Source: an uncultured virus (IMG/VR IMGVR_UViG_3300027770_000057) (taxonomy: Duplodnaviria > Heunggongvirae > Uroviricota > Caudoviricetes). From it: DNA of 64,000 nucleotides. The notes under the pieces are model-generated. The model ran no database searches and was not told the origin of the DNA. It worked only from the letters and a program-made list of their open reading frames with translations. Both the position numbers and the translations under genes were made by a program. The DNA is taken from the IMG/VR virus record IMGVR_UViG_3300027770_000057, positions 1-64,000 of that record, one strand, 5' to 3'. Positions 17,892-27,436 of this stretch are shown piece after piece (the stretch's first letter is position 1; each line of letters starts with the position of its first letter).

Positions 17892-19669
17892 CCAAACTCC
17901 TTAAGCATGTCATTGTTTTTTCTGTACTTTTCTATTAATAAAGTCTTTGCTTCTTCGTTTAATTTACTGCCTTCAAACTTATCTTCTTTATAATTATTGC
18001 CATAATCTGATATATTTAATCTTAACTCTCTTTTAAGTTCTTCTAATGTTTGATTTTTAATCACAGCTAAATTATTTGGATCTGTAGAATTATTATCTCC
18101 AACATTAAATGAAGCTATATCTCTAAAAATTTGTTCTCTTGCGTATAAAGCTATAGATAAAGACATTATAGCATCATCATGCTTTCCTTTTTGTGCTTGG
18201 GCTTTTTTACTTACTGTATTATATTCAAATGTTTTAATCTCTTTGGAAAATCTTGTGGAATTAATTTTAATTTGACTATTATAAATTTTTTGTTGTAAGT
18301 TTTGTAAAATTACTGTTCGATTTTTAATCGTAATTTTAATACCAGGCTTTATATTGTTTTTAGTTTGATTGTCATAGTACAAATTTTCATAATAATAATC
18401 ATGTTGTAGAGCATTTAATATTGCACCTCCTGTGGACATATCTTCAATTACCAACAAAGCATTATTGTAAAAAGAGCCTATTTCTTTACAGACTTGAGAA
18501 AATTCATGGGTTGGAATATTATTACTATAAAATTCAGCTACTTGCTCTAAGGTATTTTGATTTATTATTTGTATACATGAATTATCTCCGTGATCTCCAA
18601 TTCCTTCGGCTGAATCTACACCAGCTATATATTCTTGTCCATTTTGCGGTTCTTTCCATATCCATAAAGAACCTTTAGAATCTTCTTCTTCTAATTCATC
18701 GTTCCGATTTGCAAATTGAGGAAATAATTTTTTTAATGGTGGTGATTCTCTAGTGTATTTATCTATCTCAGTCAACTTATTAGAAGCAATATAAGTTTCT
18801 CCAGAACCTAAAAACACCCTTAGCACTTCTTGTAAAAACCCTCTTTCTCCAAGTTGAGATTTTTGTTCTTTTACCCATTGTGGATTTAGTTTATCATTAT
18901 AATCAGGATGTTCCCAATAATCTAAATCAATAACATTAAACATGTTTTTCTTTTCATTTGCAGCATTATAAGTTTCTTCGTACCAGTTACCAACACCGTT
19001 TACAGTAGAAATTATAACACAGCTTCCACCTGTACTTAAAACAGGCCACATAGCTTTCCAATGAGTTTCCATATCTGGGATAAATGCAGCTTCATCAATT
19101 ATTAATAATGTTGTTGCTTTACCACGGGCAGCTTCAGGCGAATAAAACATTAAATTGCCACCAGTTTCAGAAAATTGCTTTAAATGATCATTCCATTTTC
19201 CTTCTTTTTTTGGCTTCAACCATTCTGGTAAATTTTCTGCTGCTCTGTCTACCATCATACCAATAACAGTTGCTTCACGATCAGTTTTTGATAAAAGCAT
19301 GACTTGTTGATCTAACCTAAACATACATCGCCACATTCCCCAAAGCAAAGTAGTGGTCGTTAATCCTCCTTGACGGAATTTACTAATAATATTAAATCTT
19401 TTTCTCTCGTAATCTTTAATACATTTTACTTGATAAGTAAACATAATAAATGGTATCAAGCCTTTTGTTGGATGTAGTATTTTTACATATTTATGACAAA
19501 AATAAGAGAAACTTTTAGTGCATTTTACAATTTCTTCTTGTTGTTTTCTTACATCATAAGTATTTAATTCAGCTACGGTTTCATTTGGATTAATTTCAAA
19601 TTGATAGTTATCAAAATGATAGAAGCTTTGATTGTATTTACTGTAATAAAAATTTTTATAATTTGCCAT
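17885..19669 (-). CDS. gp17: terminase large subunit, T4 gp17 family
   Basis: Walker A KFRQGGLTT, Walker B LLIIDEAAF, ISTVNG, nuclease GVDSAEG and HDDAIMS. Confidence 0.97.
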   Translation of the reverse strand: MANYKNFYYSKYNQSFYHFDNYQFEINPNETVAELNTYDVRKQQEEIVKCTKSFSYFCHKYVKILHPTKGLIPFIMFTYQVKCIKDYERKRFNIISKFRQGGLTTTTLLWGMWRCMFRLDQQVMLLSKTDREATVIGMMVDRAAENLPEWLKPKKEGKWNDHLKQFSETGGNLMFYSPEAARGKATTLLIIDEAAFIPDMETHWKAMWPVLSTGGSCVIISTVNGVGNWYEETYNAANEKKNMFNVIDLDYWEHPDYNDKLNPQWVKEQKSQLGERGFLQEVLRVFLGSGETYIASNKLTEIDKYTRESPPLKKLFPQFANRNDELEEEDSKGSLWIWKEPQNGQEYIAGVDSAEGIGDHGDNSCIQIINQNTLEQVAEFYSNNIPTHEFSQVCKEIGSFYNNALLVIEDMSTGGAILNALQHDYYYENLYYDNQTKNNIKPGIKITIKNRTVILQNLQQKIYNSQIKINSTRFSKEIKTFEYNTVSKKAQAQKGKHDDAIMSLSIALYAREQIFRDIASFNVGDNNSTDPNNLAVIKNQTLEELKRELRLNISDYGNNYKEDKFEGSKLNEEAKTLLIEKYRKNNDMLKEFGW

Positions 19670-19740
19670 TGGTTTCTCTTGTTTTATATACTATGTTTAT
19701 TTATAATATTATTGTTATTATTTAATAAAAAGGAGATAAT

Positions 19741-20178
19741 ATGAATTTAGAAACATTAATTCAAAATTTAAAAGAAGATTTAAAAAACGAAAGAAAGCAT
19801 ATGCTTTTTTATTTAACAAACGCAAGTACTGTAATAGGACTTTGTAGATTTGAAATAAAAGAGTTTTTATTAGAAGAAGCTGCTAGTGAGATGAAACATG
19901 TTGAACAATTTCAAAATTTAATTTTAGGATTAAATGGTGAAATTAATGATTGTGAGCATAATCACTTTGATGTATTTAAAGATGCTGGTGAAATATTAAC
20001 ATATGCTTACAAGATGGAAACTGAAGTAGTTTATAACTACACAAGAAGAATTAAAGAAGCACAAGAATTAAATGACTCTAATGGATTATGGATTGAAATA
20101 TTCTTAGAAAGTCAAATTGCTAAGAGCAGAGAAGATATAGATAACATTAAACAGGTATTGGCAGGTATTAAACAATAG
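19741..20178 (+). CDS. ferritin-like (bacterioferritin-type) four-helix protein
   Basis: DLKNERKH, EAASEMKH, LILGLNG, YKMETEVVYNY; AAGGAG SD. Confidence 0.85.
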   Translation: MNLETLIQNLKEDLKNERKHMLFYLTNASTVIGLCRFEIKEFLLEEAASEMKHVEQFQNLILGLNGEINDCEHNHFDVFKDAGEILTYAYKMETEVVYNYTRRIKEAQELNDSNGLWIEIFLESQIAKSREDIDNIKQVLAGIKQ

Positions 20179-20222
20179 TAAAAATACTTATTAATAATTT
20201 TTATATTATTAATAAATATTAC

Positions 20223-20906
20223 ATGCCAATATCAACACCCAAAAAATTAGTATTTGTTCATGTGCCAAAAACTGGTGGCCAAACAATTTTGAAGTATTTA
20301 AAATTTGAAAGAAAAATCAGAGCTTTTTACGGTAGAACAAAACATGTTTTTGAAAATACTAAATACGGTAAAAAAACAATTTCTGGTATTGAATATAGCC
20401 ATTATACTTTAAGCCTTTTTAAAAAATATTTAAATTACAAAGAATTTAAATATTCTTTTTCTTTTGTAAGAAATCCATTTGAAAGATTAGTTTCAGAGTT
20501 TCATTGGAGAATAAGAGCAAGAATCTCGTGTTGGCCTCTCCAAGATATAGAGCTTAAACCAAGTAACTTTGAAATGTTTGTACATAAATTATCAGAATAT
20601 AAACTTAGTTATTCTGAAAAAGATCTTATCTTGGAATCTCATTATTACCCACAGACTAAATTTGTTTATTTAGATTCATATTTTGAAAATAATAATAAAA
20701 ATGCAAAGGTTTCATTTATTGGTAGATTTGAAAATTTAGAAGAAGATTTAAAAAAAATAGGATCTATTTATAATATTGATCGTATAATTCCTTGGCGAAA
20801 TTCCACATCACATGAAGACTATAAAAGTTTCTATAACAAAACTACTAAAAAGCTAGTTGAGAAAATTTATGAAACTGACTTAAATAATTTTAATTATATT
20901 TTTTGA
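20223..20906 (+). CDS. sulfotransferase family 2 protein
   Basis: FVHVPKTGGQT, FVRNPFERLVSEF, FIGRFENLEED, IYETDLNNFNY. Confidence 0.9.
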   Translation: MPISTPKKLVFVHVPKTGGQTILKYLKFERKIRAFYGRTKHVFENTKYGKKTISGIEYSHYTLSLFKKYLNYKEFKYSFSFVRNPFERLVSEFHWRIRARISCWPLQDIELKPSNFEMFVHKLSEYKLSYSEKDLILESHYYPQTKFVYLDSYFENNNKNAKVSFIGRFENLEEDLKKIGSIYNIDRIIPWRNSTSHEDYKSFYNKTTKKLVEKIYETDLNNFNYIF

Positions 20907-20975
20907 AAATTATGTTACTTATTATAAATAAAATTAAGAAAACTATATCAGTTAAAATATAAGAAAGCAGAAGTT

Positions 20976-21848
20976 ATGGCATTTTTTCAAAATCCGTTTG
21001 AGTTTACATTTAATGGTTCTTTATTTGGGATTGGCCCTCAATACAATATTTCCTATGGAATAGGGGCAAATAGAAATAAATCTAATTATATTACTTTGTA
21101 TAATCTTGAACCTTATGATTTGTCTCAAGGAGCAGAATTAATTTTTAATGTTGCAATTGATCCAGACATGCTTCACTTTGGTTCTTTTTCTGTTACTATA
21201 ACAGGATTAGATCTTACTGCTATTACAGCTGCTGAAGTTGCTGCATCTTTAAATTCGAATGTTAATTTTAGTCAATATTTTACTGCGAAAACTATTAAAT
21301 TTGCTGCGAGCGATATTAATAGTACAGTTTTAATGGTTGCTAAAAATAGAATGTTCTTTAGATGTTATGTTTCTAATGCAAGTGCATGCTTTCCTTTAGC
21401 TATAAATAAATATGCACCAGTTAAAGAGCTTCCAGATCTTTTTCAACAATATGCTGTTAAAAATATTTTTAACTATTTAAGCTATGGATCTCAAAGAATA
21501 ATTTATCTAGATCCTTCTTCTCCTGATGATGCTAAGGTTATTACTAATGCTGGATTTGATCCTGATAATCCAACTCCTGATTGGAAGCTCCTTGCTAGTG
21601 CATCTCCTCTTTATACATTTACTAAAACAGTTTATAATTCTGAAGATTCTTCCATTTATTGTAAATTAGTTTATCACGCTGGTGCTATTGCTGGTCAAAT
21701 GTGTAAGAAAATTATTTATGAATATGATGAAAGTGAAAATGTCATTGGAGTATGTGAAATACCTTATATTTTAAAAAATGATGATTTAATATATCCAGCA
21801 ACTACAACTACAACTACAACTACAACTACAACTACTCCTACTCCTTAA
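20976..21848 (+). CDS. putative virion protein with poly-Thr tail
   Basis: TAITAAEVAASLNS structural-type motif; C-terminal T12 run; TATAAATA at 20923. Confidence 0.65.
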   Translation: MAFFQNPFEFTFNGSLFGIGPQYNISYGIGANRNKSNYITLYNLEPYDLSQGAELIFNVAIDPDMLHFGSFSVTITGLDLTAITAAEVAASLNSNVNFSQYFTAKTIKFAASDINSTVLMVAKNRMFFRCYVSNASACFPLAINKYAPVKELPDLFQQYAVKNIFNYLSYGSQRIIYLDPSSPDDAKVITNAGFDPDNPTPDWKLLASASPLYTFTKTVYNSEDSSIYCKLVYHAGAIAGQMCKKIIYEYDESENVIGVCEIPYILKNDDLIYPATTTTTTTTTTTTPTP

Positions 21849-21859
21849 TTTATAGAAGA

Positions 21860-22417
21860 TTAAATAAAATCATTCCCCCAATTTTTTCTTATTTCATTAA
21901 TAAGTCTTTCTTTATTCTTTTCTTTTACTAATTGATTTTCTTCAATTATTTTTTTATTTTTTTCAATTATTATTTTCTTTGAATGATGATATAAAGATTC
22001 TATTGTAGGTTCCCAATTTCCATCTGGATTATAAACAATTAAATTACTTGATTCTTCGTGATATTTTAAGTATCCTTTATAATAAAGTTTTATTTCAGAA
22101 TCAGAATTTAAATATTTAATTTCTAATCCATTTCCATATCTTAAACCATCGTACCATAAACCAATTTGATAGGACACATTGTTTTCTGAAAATGTTTTAA
22201 CTTCATCATCTTCTTTATCGTAAAATCCATCGTTTATATCTAGTAAATTTTCTGTTTCCGAACCTTCGTTATCATAAATAATAGGATCTCCAAGAGCTTG
22301 ACAAATTAACGCTAGCTTGCCTTGTGTTCCCATTAAATCTTTATTGATAGCTTCTACTATTCTTTGTTGTTTTATTTTATTATTTATGTCCATACGGATA
22401 TCTATAATTAGAGACAT
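21860..22417 (-). CDS. hypothetical protein
   Basis: 185-aa ORF; start uncertain. Confidence 0.7.
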   Translation of the reverse strand: MSLIIDIRMDINNKIKQQRIVEAINKDLMGTQGKLALICQALGDPIIYDNEGSETENLLDINDGFYDKEDDEVKTFSENNVSYQIGLWYDGLRYGNGLEIKYLNSDSEIKLYYKGYLKYHEESSNLIVYNPDGNWEPTIESLYHHSKKIIIEKNKKIIEENQLVKEKNKERLINEIRKNWGNDFI

Positions 22418-22443
22418 TTTTTATTTTAACAAAAGGAGTAGTT

Positions 22444-24042
22444 ATGTTTGATTTAATAAAGTCTATAATTGATAATATTTTTGTTTTAGTTGGATTTAAA
22501 AAATCAAAAAAAGAAACTTGTCTTTTCAATAACAAACCAACAGTTCAATTGCTTAATGATCCAACAACACCAAGACTAAAAATTTCTAAAGTTATTATTC
22601 CAGCAAATTTTTTAAACTTTACTGTTAAAGGATTTAATTCAACAGGAAATATTTTATTGAGTGAATCTTGGCAAAAAGAAAATGTTTATGCAAACATTAA
22701 TGGTGCATTGGCTTACCTTAAACAATATTTTCCTCAGAATGTTAATAAATGGGCAGCAGTAAACAGTTTGACTGTTGATACTAGAGCAGGTAATGATGCA
22801 AATGCATATTACGATAGAAGGAATTTAAAGTTTTTTTATTTTAATGCCAATAAAAAAACTATTTATACATGTGATTCTGCTGATGTTGTAGTACATGAAT
22901 TAGGCCATGCTATATTAGATTCTATCAGACCAGATTTTTGGAATTTAGCAGCATTTGAAATTGGTGCATTTCATGAATCTTTTGGTGATTTAACTTCATT
23001 ATTAACTTGCCTTAGTTATGATCTATGTTTAAATTCTGTTTTAAAAGATACTAATAATGATTTGAGTAAATCAAATTTTGTAAGTAAACTTGCAGAACAA
23101 TTTGGTGTTTCATTAAAAATTGGTAATTCATTAAGAAATGCCTTGAATGATTATAATTATGTTGATCCAAAAACATTGCCTTATGATGGCAATGGATTGA
23201 TTCAAGAAATTCATAGTTTTTCTCAAGTATGGACAGGAACATTTTATGATTTGCTAGTTGAATTTTTTAATTTGTATGGTAAAAATTATGCTGCTTTAGT
23301 TAAAGCTAGAGATTTATCAGCAGAATTTTTGTATAATGCAATTCAAAACACACCATCAAATCCTAATTTTTTCAAAGCTTTAGCAACTAATTATATTTCA
23401 TACGATTTAACAAAATATAATTCTCAATATAATTCTATTTTAATAAAAGTTTTTACAAAAAGAAATTTAATTTCTGCTTCTTTATCTGATTCTTTGACAA
23501 ATAATAAATTTAATATTATGAACGAGGGAAACAATATATTATTTAAAGAAGAAAAATTTGTTTCTTTAGATGCTAAAGAATTCGATATAAATATTGATGA
23601 ATTCAATGTTCAAATTGCAGCCGATACTTACAAGCCAAAAAACAATTCGTTTAACATGCTTTCTATTGAAAATAATATAGATGAATCTTTAGAAGCAGCA
23701 AAATTATTTGTTAGATATTTAAAAAACAAAGATAGTATTGGCAATAATAAAAATCAATCTTGGGAAATTGATTCAAAAACAAATTTATTGACAAGAAAAT
23801 TTTCTTGTTATGGTGATTTGGGATTTATTAACAATTGCACAATTGAAGGTCAGCCAGAGTTTGGCAAGTGTTGGAAAGCAGAAAATAATTCTGGTTGTTG
23901 TCCTTTTGGTTGTAAAACAACCACAGAATCATCAATTCCAGAAAAACCTGTATGTAGCATAAGCTATAACAGCTGCAATAAAAGTTCTTATATTAGCTGC
24001 AACGGAACAGTTAATAGTGTTTGTAATTGTAAAACAAGATAA
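22444..24042 (+). CDS. zinc metalloprotease (thermolysin M4 / fungalysin M36-like) with Cys-rich tail
   Basis: NAYY, VVVHELGH, GAFHESFGD, EIHSFSQVW; AAGGAG SD. Confidence 0.9.
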   Translation: MFDLIKSIIDNIFVLVGFKKSKKETCLFNNKPTVQLLNDPTTPRLKISKVIIPANFLNFTVKGFNSTGNILLSESWQKENVYANINGALAYLKQYFPQNVNKWAAVNSLTVDTRAGNDANAYYDRRNLKFFYFNANKKTIYTCDSADVVVHELGHAILDSIRPDFWNLAAFEIGAFHESFGDLTSLLTCLSYDLCLNSVLKDTNNDLSKSNFVSKLAEQFGVSLKIGNSLRNALNDYNYVDPKTLPYDGNGLIQEIHSFSQVWTGTFYDLLVEFFNLYGKNYAALVKARDLSAEFLYNAIQNTPSNPNFFKALATNYISYDLTKYNSQYNSILIKVFTKRNLISASLSDSLTNNKFNIMNEGNNILFKEEKFVSLDAKEFDINIDEFNVQIAADTYKPKNNSFNMLSIENNIDESLEAAKLFVRYLKNKDSIGNNKNQSWEIDSKTNLLTRKFSCYGDLGFINNCTIEGQPEFGKCWKAENNSGCCPFGCKTTTESSIPEKPVCSISYNSCNKSSYISCNGTVNSVCNCKTR

Positions 24043-24062
24043 AAACTCTTAGAAAGGATTAT

Positions 24063-24185
24063 ATGTTCGATGAAATACTTTTTTTCTGTGCTGGTTTACT
24101 TGTTGGTTGGAATTTAATACCGCAACCAACTTGGGTTAAATTACTTTATGATAAAATAATGTCAAAATTATTTCAAAATTCATAA
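24063..24185 (+). CDS. small membrane protein (40 aa, not in the ORF track)
   Basis: MFDEILFFCAGLLVGWNLIPQPTWVKLLYDKIMSKLFQNS*; AGAAAGGA SD. Confidence 0.7.
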   Translation: MFDEILFFCAGLLVGWNLIPQPTWVKLLYDKIMSKLFQNS

Positions 24186-24206
24186 TTTATTTAAATTGAT
24201 CAATAT

Positions 24207-24246
24207 ATAACAAAAGAAATTTATTTAAATAAATTTCTTTTGTTAT
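24207..24246. repeat. perfect 40-bp palindrome without spacer
   Basis: ATAACAAAAGAAATTTATTT|AAATAAATTTCTTTTGTTAT. Confidence 0.85.
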
Positions 24247-24295
24247 TTTGTGTTTTAAAATATAATAAATTATGTTTTCTAAAAGGGAGGAAATT

Positions 24296-24712
<417 letters not shown>

Positions 24713-24753
24713 ACAAGAAGCATATAGAAACTATTAAAAAAGGCGGTGTACAA

Positions 24754-26046
24754 ATTAAAACTATCATTGTGATTGGTGCTGGAATTTCTGGATTATCAGC
24801 AGCTAAAAGCTTGAAAACAAAAGGTTATAATGTTACTGTTCTTGAAGCTAAAAATTATATTGGCGGAAGAATTAAAACACATGATTTTAATGGTATAAAA
24901 TTAGAAATGGGAGCTTCTTGGGTACATGGACAAATTGGTAATCCTGTAGGAAAAATTGTTAAAAAACAAGGAGGAAGGCTTGTTCTTTCAGATTATAAAC
25001 CTCATATTTACTATAATAAAAAAAATAAAAAATTTAATTTTAAAAAAGGAATTCTTAAGAAATTTTATGATAATTTAAAAGCTATTAAAAAAGACAAAGT
25101 TGACCAATCAATACTTAATGCTTGGAATACTTTTGTAAAAGAATCATTAAAAAATTCAAAAAAATATACTCCTTCACTTATTGGCGATTTATTTCAAACC
25201 ATTATATATGATTTTCAAGCTGAGGTTGGAGGTGATTTATCAGAAATTTCTGCTCAACAATGGGATGAAGATGGCGAACTTGAAGGAGGAGATCACTTAG
25301 TTTTAAAAGGATATGAAAGAGTAACTGAATTTTTAGCTAATGGTTTAAATATAATCTTGAATACACCAATTAAAAAAATTGAAGATAATAAAAAATCTGT
25401 TAAGGTAACAACAGTAGGAGGCACTGAATACATTGCGGATTATGTTGTTGTTTCAGTGTCTTTAGGAGTGTTAAAAAGCAACTCTATTACTTTCATTCCT
25501 GCTTTACCTAAAAACAAGAAAATTGCTATAGATACAATTAAAATGAGTAATTTTTTAAAAACTTGGTTAGTTTTTGAAAAAGATTTTTGGAGCAACGCAC
25601 AAGATATACAGTTTTTTACAAATCATTTATTTTTAGATTTTTTTAACCCTTTATCAGTATCAGCTAATCACTCGGCATCTTTTAAAAATCCAATTTTATT
25701 GGCAATGCATGGAGGAAAACAAGCTGAAAAGGTTAGAGGACTTACAAGTGATCAGATCTCACAAAAAGTTTATAATGTACTTGAAAAAGTTTATGGTGGA
25801 AAAACAACAAAACCTACTGTGCATCAGAGTTCATGGCATAACGATCAATATACATTAGGAAGTTATTCGTTTATTCCAGTTGGAGGCAATATAAGCATGT
25901 ATGATGATATGGCCAAACCATATGGAAAAATTTATTTTGCTGGGGAGCATACATTTGGTAGATTTCATGCAACAACACATGGTGCATTTTGGTCTGGTAA
26001 AAGAGCAGCAATCGAAATAGATTCTAGAATTTCTTCAATCATTTAA
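24754..26046 (+). CDS. flavin-containing amine oxidase (polyamine/monoamine oxidase family); probable ATT start
   Basis: IIVIGAGISGL, LEAKNYIGGRI, EMGASWVHG, SLGVLK, WHNDQYTLGSYS, FAGEHT, TTHGAFWSG. Confidence 0.92.
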   Translation: MKTIIVIGAGISGLSAAKSLKTKGYNVTVLEAKNYIGGRIKTHDFNGIKLEMGASWVHGQIGNPVGKIVKKQGGRLVLSDYKPHIYYNKKNKKFNFKKGILKKFYDNLKAIKKDKVDQSILNAWNTFVKESLKNSKKYTPSLIGDLFQTIIYDFQAEVGGDLSEISAQQWDEDGELEGGDHLVLKGYERVTEFLANGLNIILNTPIKKIEDNKKSVKVTTVGGTEYIADYVVVSVSLGVLKSNSITFIPALPKNKKIAIDTIKMSNFLKTWLVFEKDFWSNAQDIQFFTNHLFLDFFNPLSVSANHSASFKNPILLAMHGGKQAEKVRGLTSDQISQKVYNVLEKVYGGKTTKPTVHQSSWHNDQYTLGSYSFIPVGGNISMYDDMAKPYGKIYFAGEHTFGRFHATTHGAFWSGKRAAIEIDSRISSII

Positions 26047-26517
26047 TTTTAATTGAATGTTTTTAACCATAGATATTCTTATGCTTTTTAAATTTAATAT
26101 TCCAATAGCCTTGTCTTTAAAAAAACCATTCGAATGTAAATGTTGAATCATGTAAAACAAATAATTAGGATCAATTTTATTAGATGTAACTTTTATTCCA
26201 ATTTTTTCTTTATCAAAATGTTTATTTGGTTTTCCTACTTCTTCAACAGAACCTTTTCTTGTTATCCAAAAATTAGCTTCTGGTAAATTAACTTTAACAT
26301 TTGCTATATCTGAAAATTTTAAAATTTCATTATTTTCTAGCTTGTAAAATTTAGGTTTGGGTTTTCTTTTTCTAATACCAGTTGGTGGCAAGTTACTGAA
26401 ATCATAATTTAATCCAGGTCCACCTAAACCATTAATCCAACTTGAAATTGCTTGATTGCTAACACCATCTTGATTGTTTGTCGCAATTTCGTTTAAAAAT
26501 TTTAAAAATGATTTCAT
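26035..26517 (-). CDS. hypothetical protein with capsid-targeting-like N-terminus and HsdS-like C-terminal segment
   Basis: MKSFLKFLNE start; FWITRKGSVEEVGK…IDPNYLFYMI…IRISMVKNIQL recalls type I S-subunit fragments. Confidence 0.6.
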   Translation of the reverse strand: MKSFLKFLNEIATNNQDGVSNQAISSWINGLGGPGLNYDFSNLPPTGIRKRKPKPKFYKLENNEILKFSDIANVKVNLPEANFWITRKGSVEEVGKPNKHFDKEKIGIKVTSNKIDPNYLFYMIQHLHSNGFFKDKAIGILNLKSIRISMVKNIQLKLND

Positions 26518-26539
26518 AATATTACTAATATATATCATT

Positions 26540-27046
26540 ATGAACAACAAAAATACTTGGAATGGCGTTTTAATTATTGATGAATTTATCGTATACAGAG
26601 ATAAAAAAATAATTTATAAAGAAAATAATATTAATAATATTTTTCATTCTAGTGGGCAGTTTTATTTTTTGAAAATATTATTTAAGCATTTAAGTGCTCC
26701 TAATAATTATTATTTAGGACTGGATAACAGAAGTGTTGTTACCTTAGAAAACACTCTTGAATCTATTGAAGGTGAACCAGTAGGAAAAGGATATATAAGA
26801 CAATCTGTTTCTTCTAATAATTTTCAATTAAATCAAGGACAAAATGGAAACTATAGAGTTGTTGGCCCAACAGTAACATTTAACGCAACTACTAACAAAT
26901 GGGGTCCTGTTAAAAATATATTTCTTACAAATTCTTCTTCGGGAACCGATGGACATTTAATTTCTTCTGCTAATTTAGCTGAATCTATAACTTTAAATCC
27001 TCCAGATTCAGCAACATTGAAATTTGCCTTTGCTTTTTCTAATTAG
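26540..27046 (+). CDS. putative tail/virion structural protein
   Basis: EPVGKGYIRQSV, VTFNATTNKWGPVKNIFL…SGTDGHLI resemble tail-fibre-associated domains. Confidence 0.6.
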   Translation: MNNKNTWNGVLIIDEFIVYRDKKIIYKENNINNIFHSSGQFYFLKILFKHLSAPNNYYLGLDNRSVVTLENTLESIEGEPVGKGYIRQSVSSNNFQLNQGQNGNYRVVGPTVTFNATTNKWGPVKNIFLTNSSSGTDGHLISSANLAESITLNPPDSATLKFAFAFSN

Positions 27047-27434
27047 ATTTTAAATAAAAAGAACTTAATAATTCTTTTTTGTTTATAAACTTAATATAAT
27101 GTATGAATTTAACATTTGTATTTTTATTTAAATCATAAGTATTTAATGAACTAAAAAAATTATTTTTTTCTAAAGTTTTTTTATTTTTTAAATTAATTGA
27201 ATAACAATTATTTTCACAAGATATTGTTTTTTCTTTTTTATCAAATAAAATTTTATATTTTGTAAATATTTCTTCAATATTATTTTTGTGCTTTTCATTT
27301 ATAAATGAAGATTCAAAAAAAGATCCATATGCTTCAAAGCTTTGTTGTTTTTTAATTAAAGCTAACTTTTCTTCTTCAATTACAATTGTGTGACAAATTA
27401 AATATAATTTTGATTCAGGTTTTTTAACTTTCAA
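27039..27434 (-). CDS. hypothetical protein
   Basis: 131-aa ORF coupled to the nuclease gene. Confidence 0.6.
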   Translation of the reverse strand: MKVKKPESKLYLICHTIVIEEEKLALIKKQQSFEAYGSFFESSFINEKHKNNIEEIFTKYKILFDKKEKTISCENNCYSINLKNKKTLEKNNFFSSLNTYDLNKNTNVKFIHYIKFINKKELLSSFYLKSN

Positions 27435-27436
27435 GA

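Noticed and set aside
20923..20930. Exact T4 late promoter TATAAATA
   Set aside because: A single match in very AT-rich DNA is expected by chance; not called on its own
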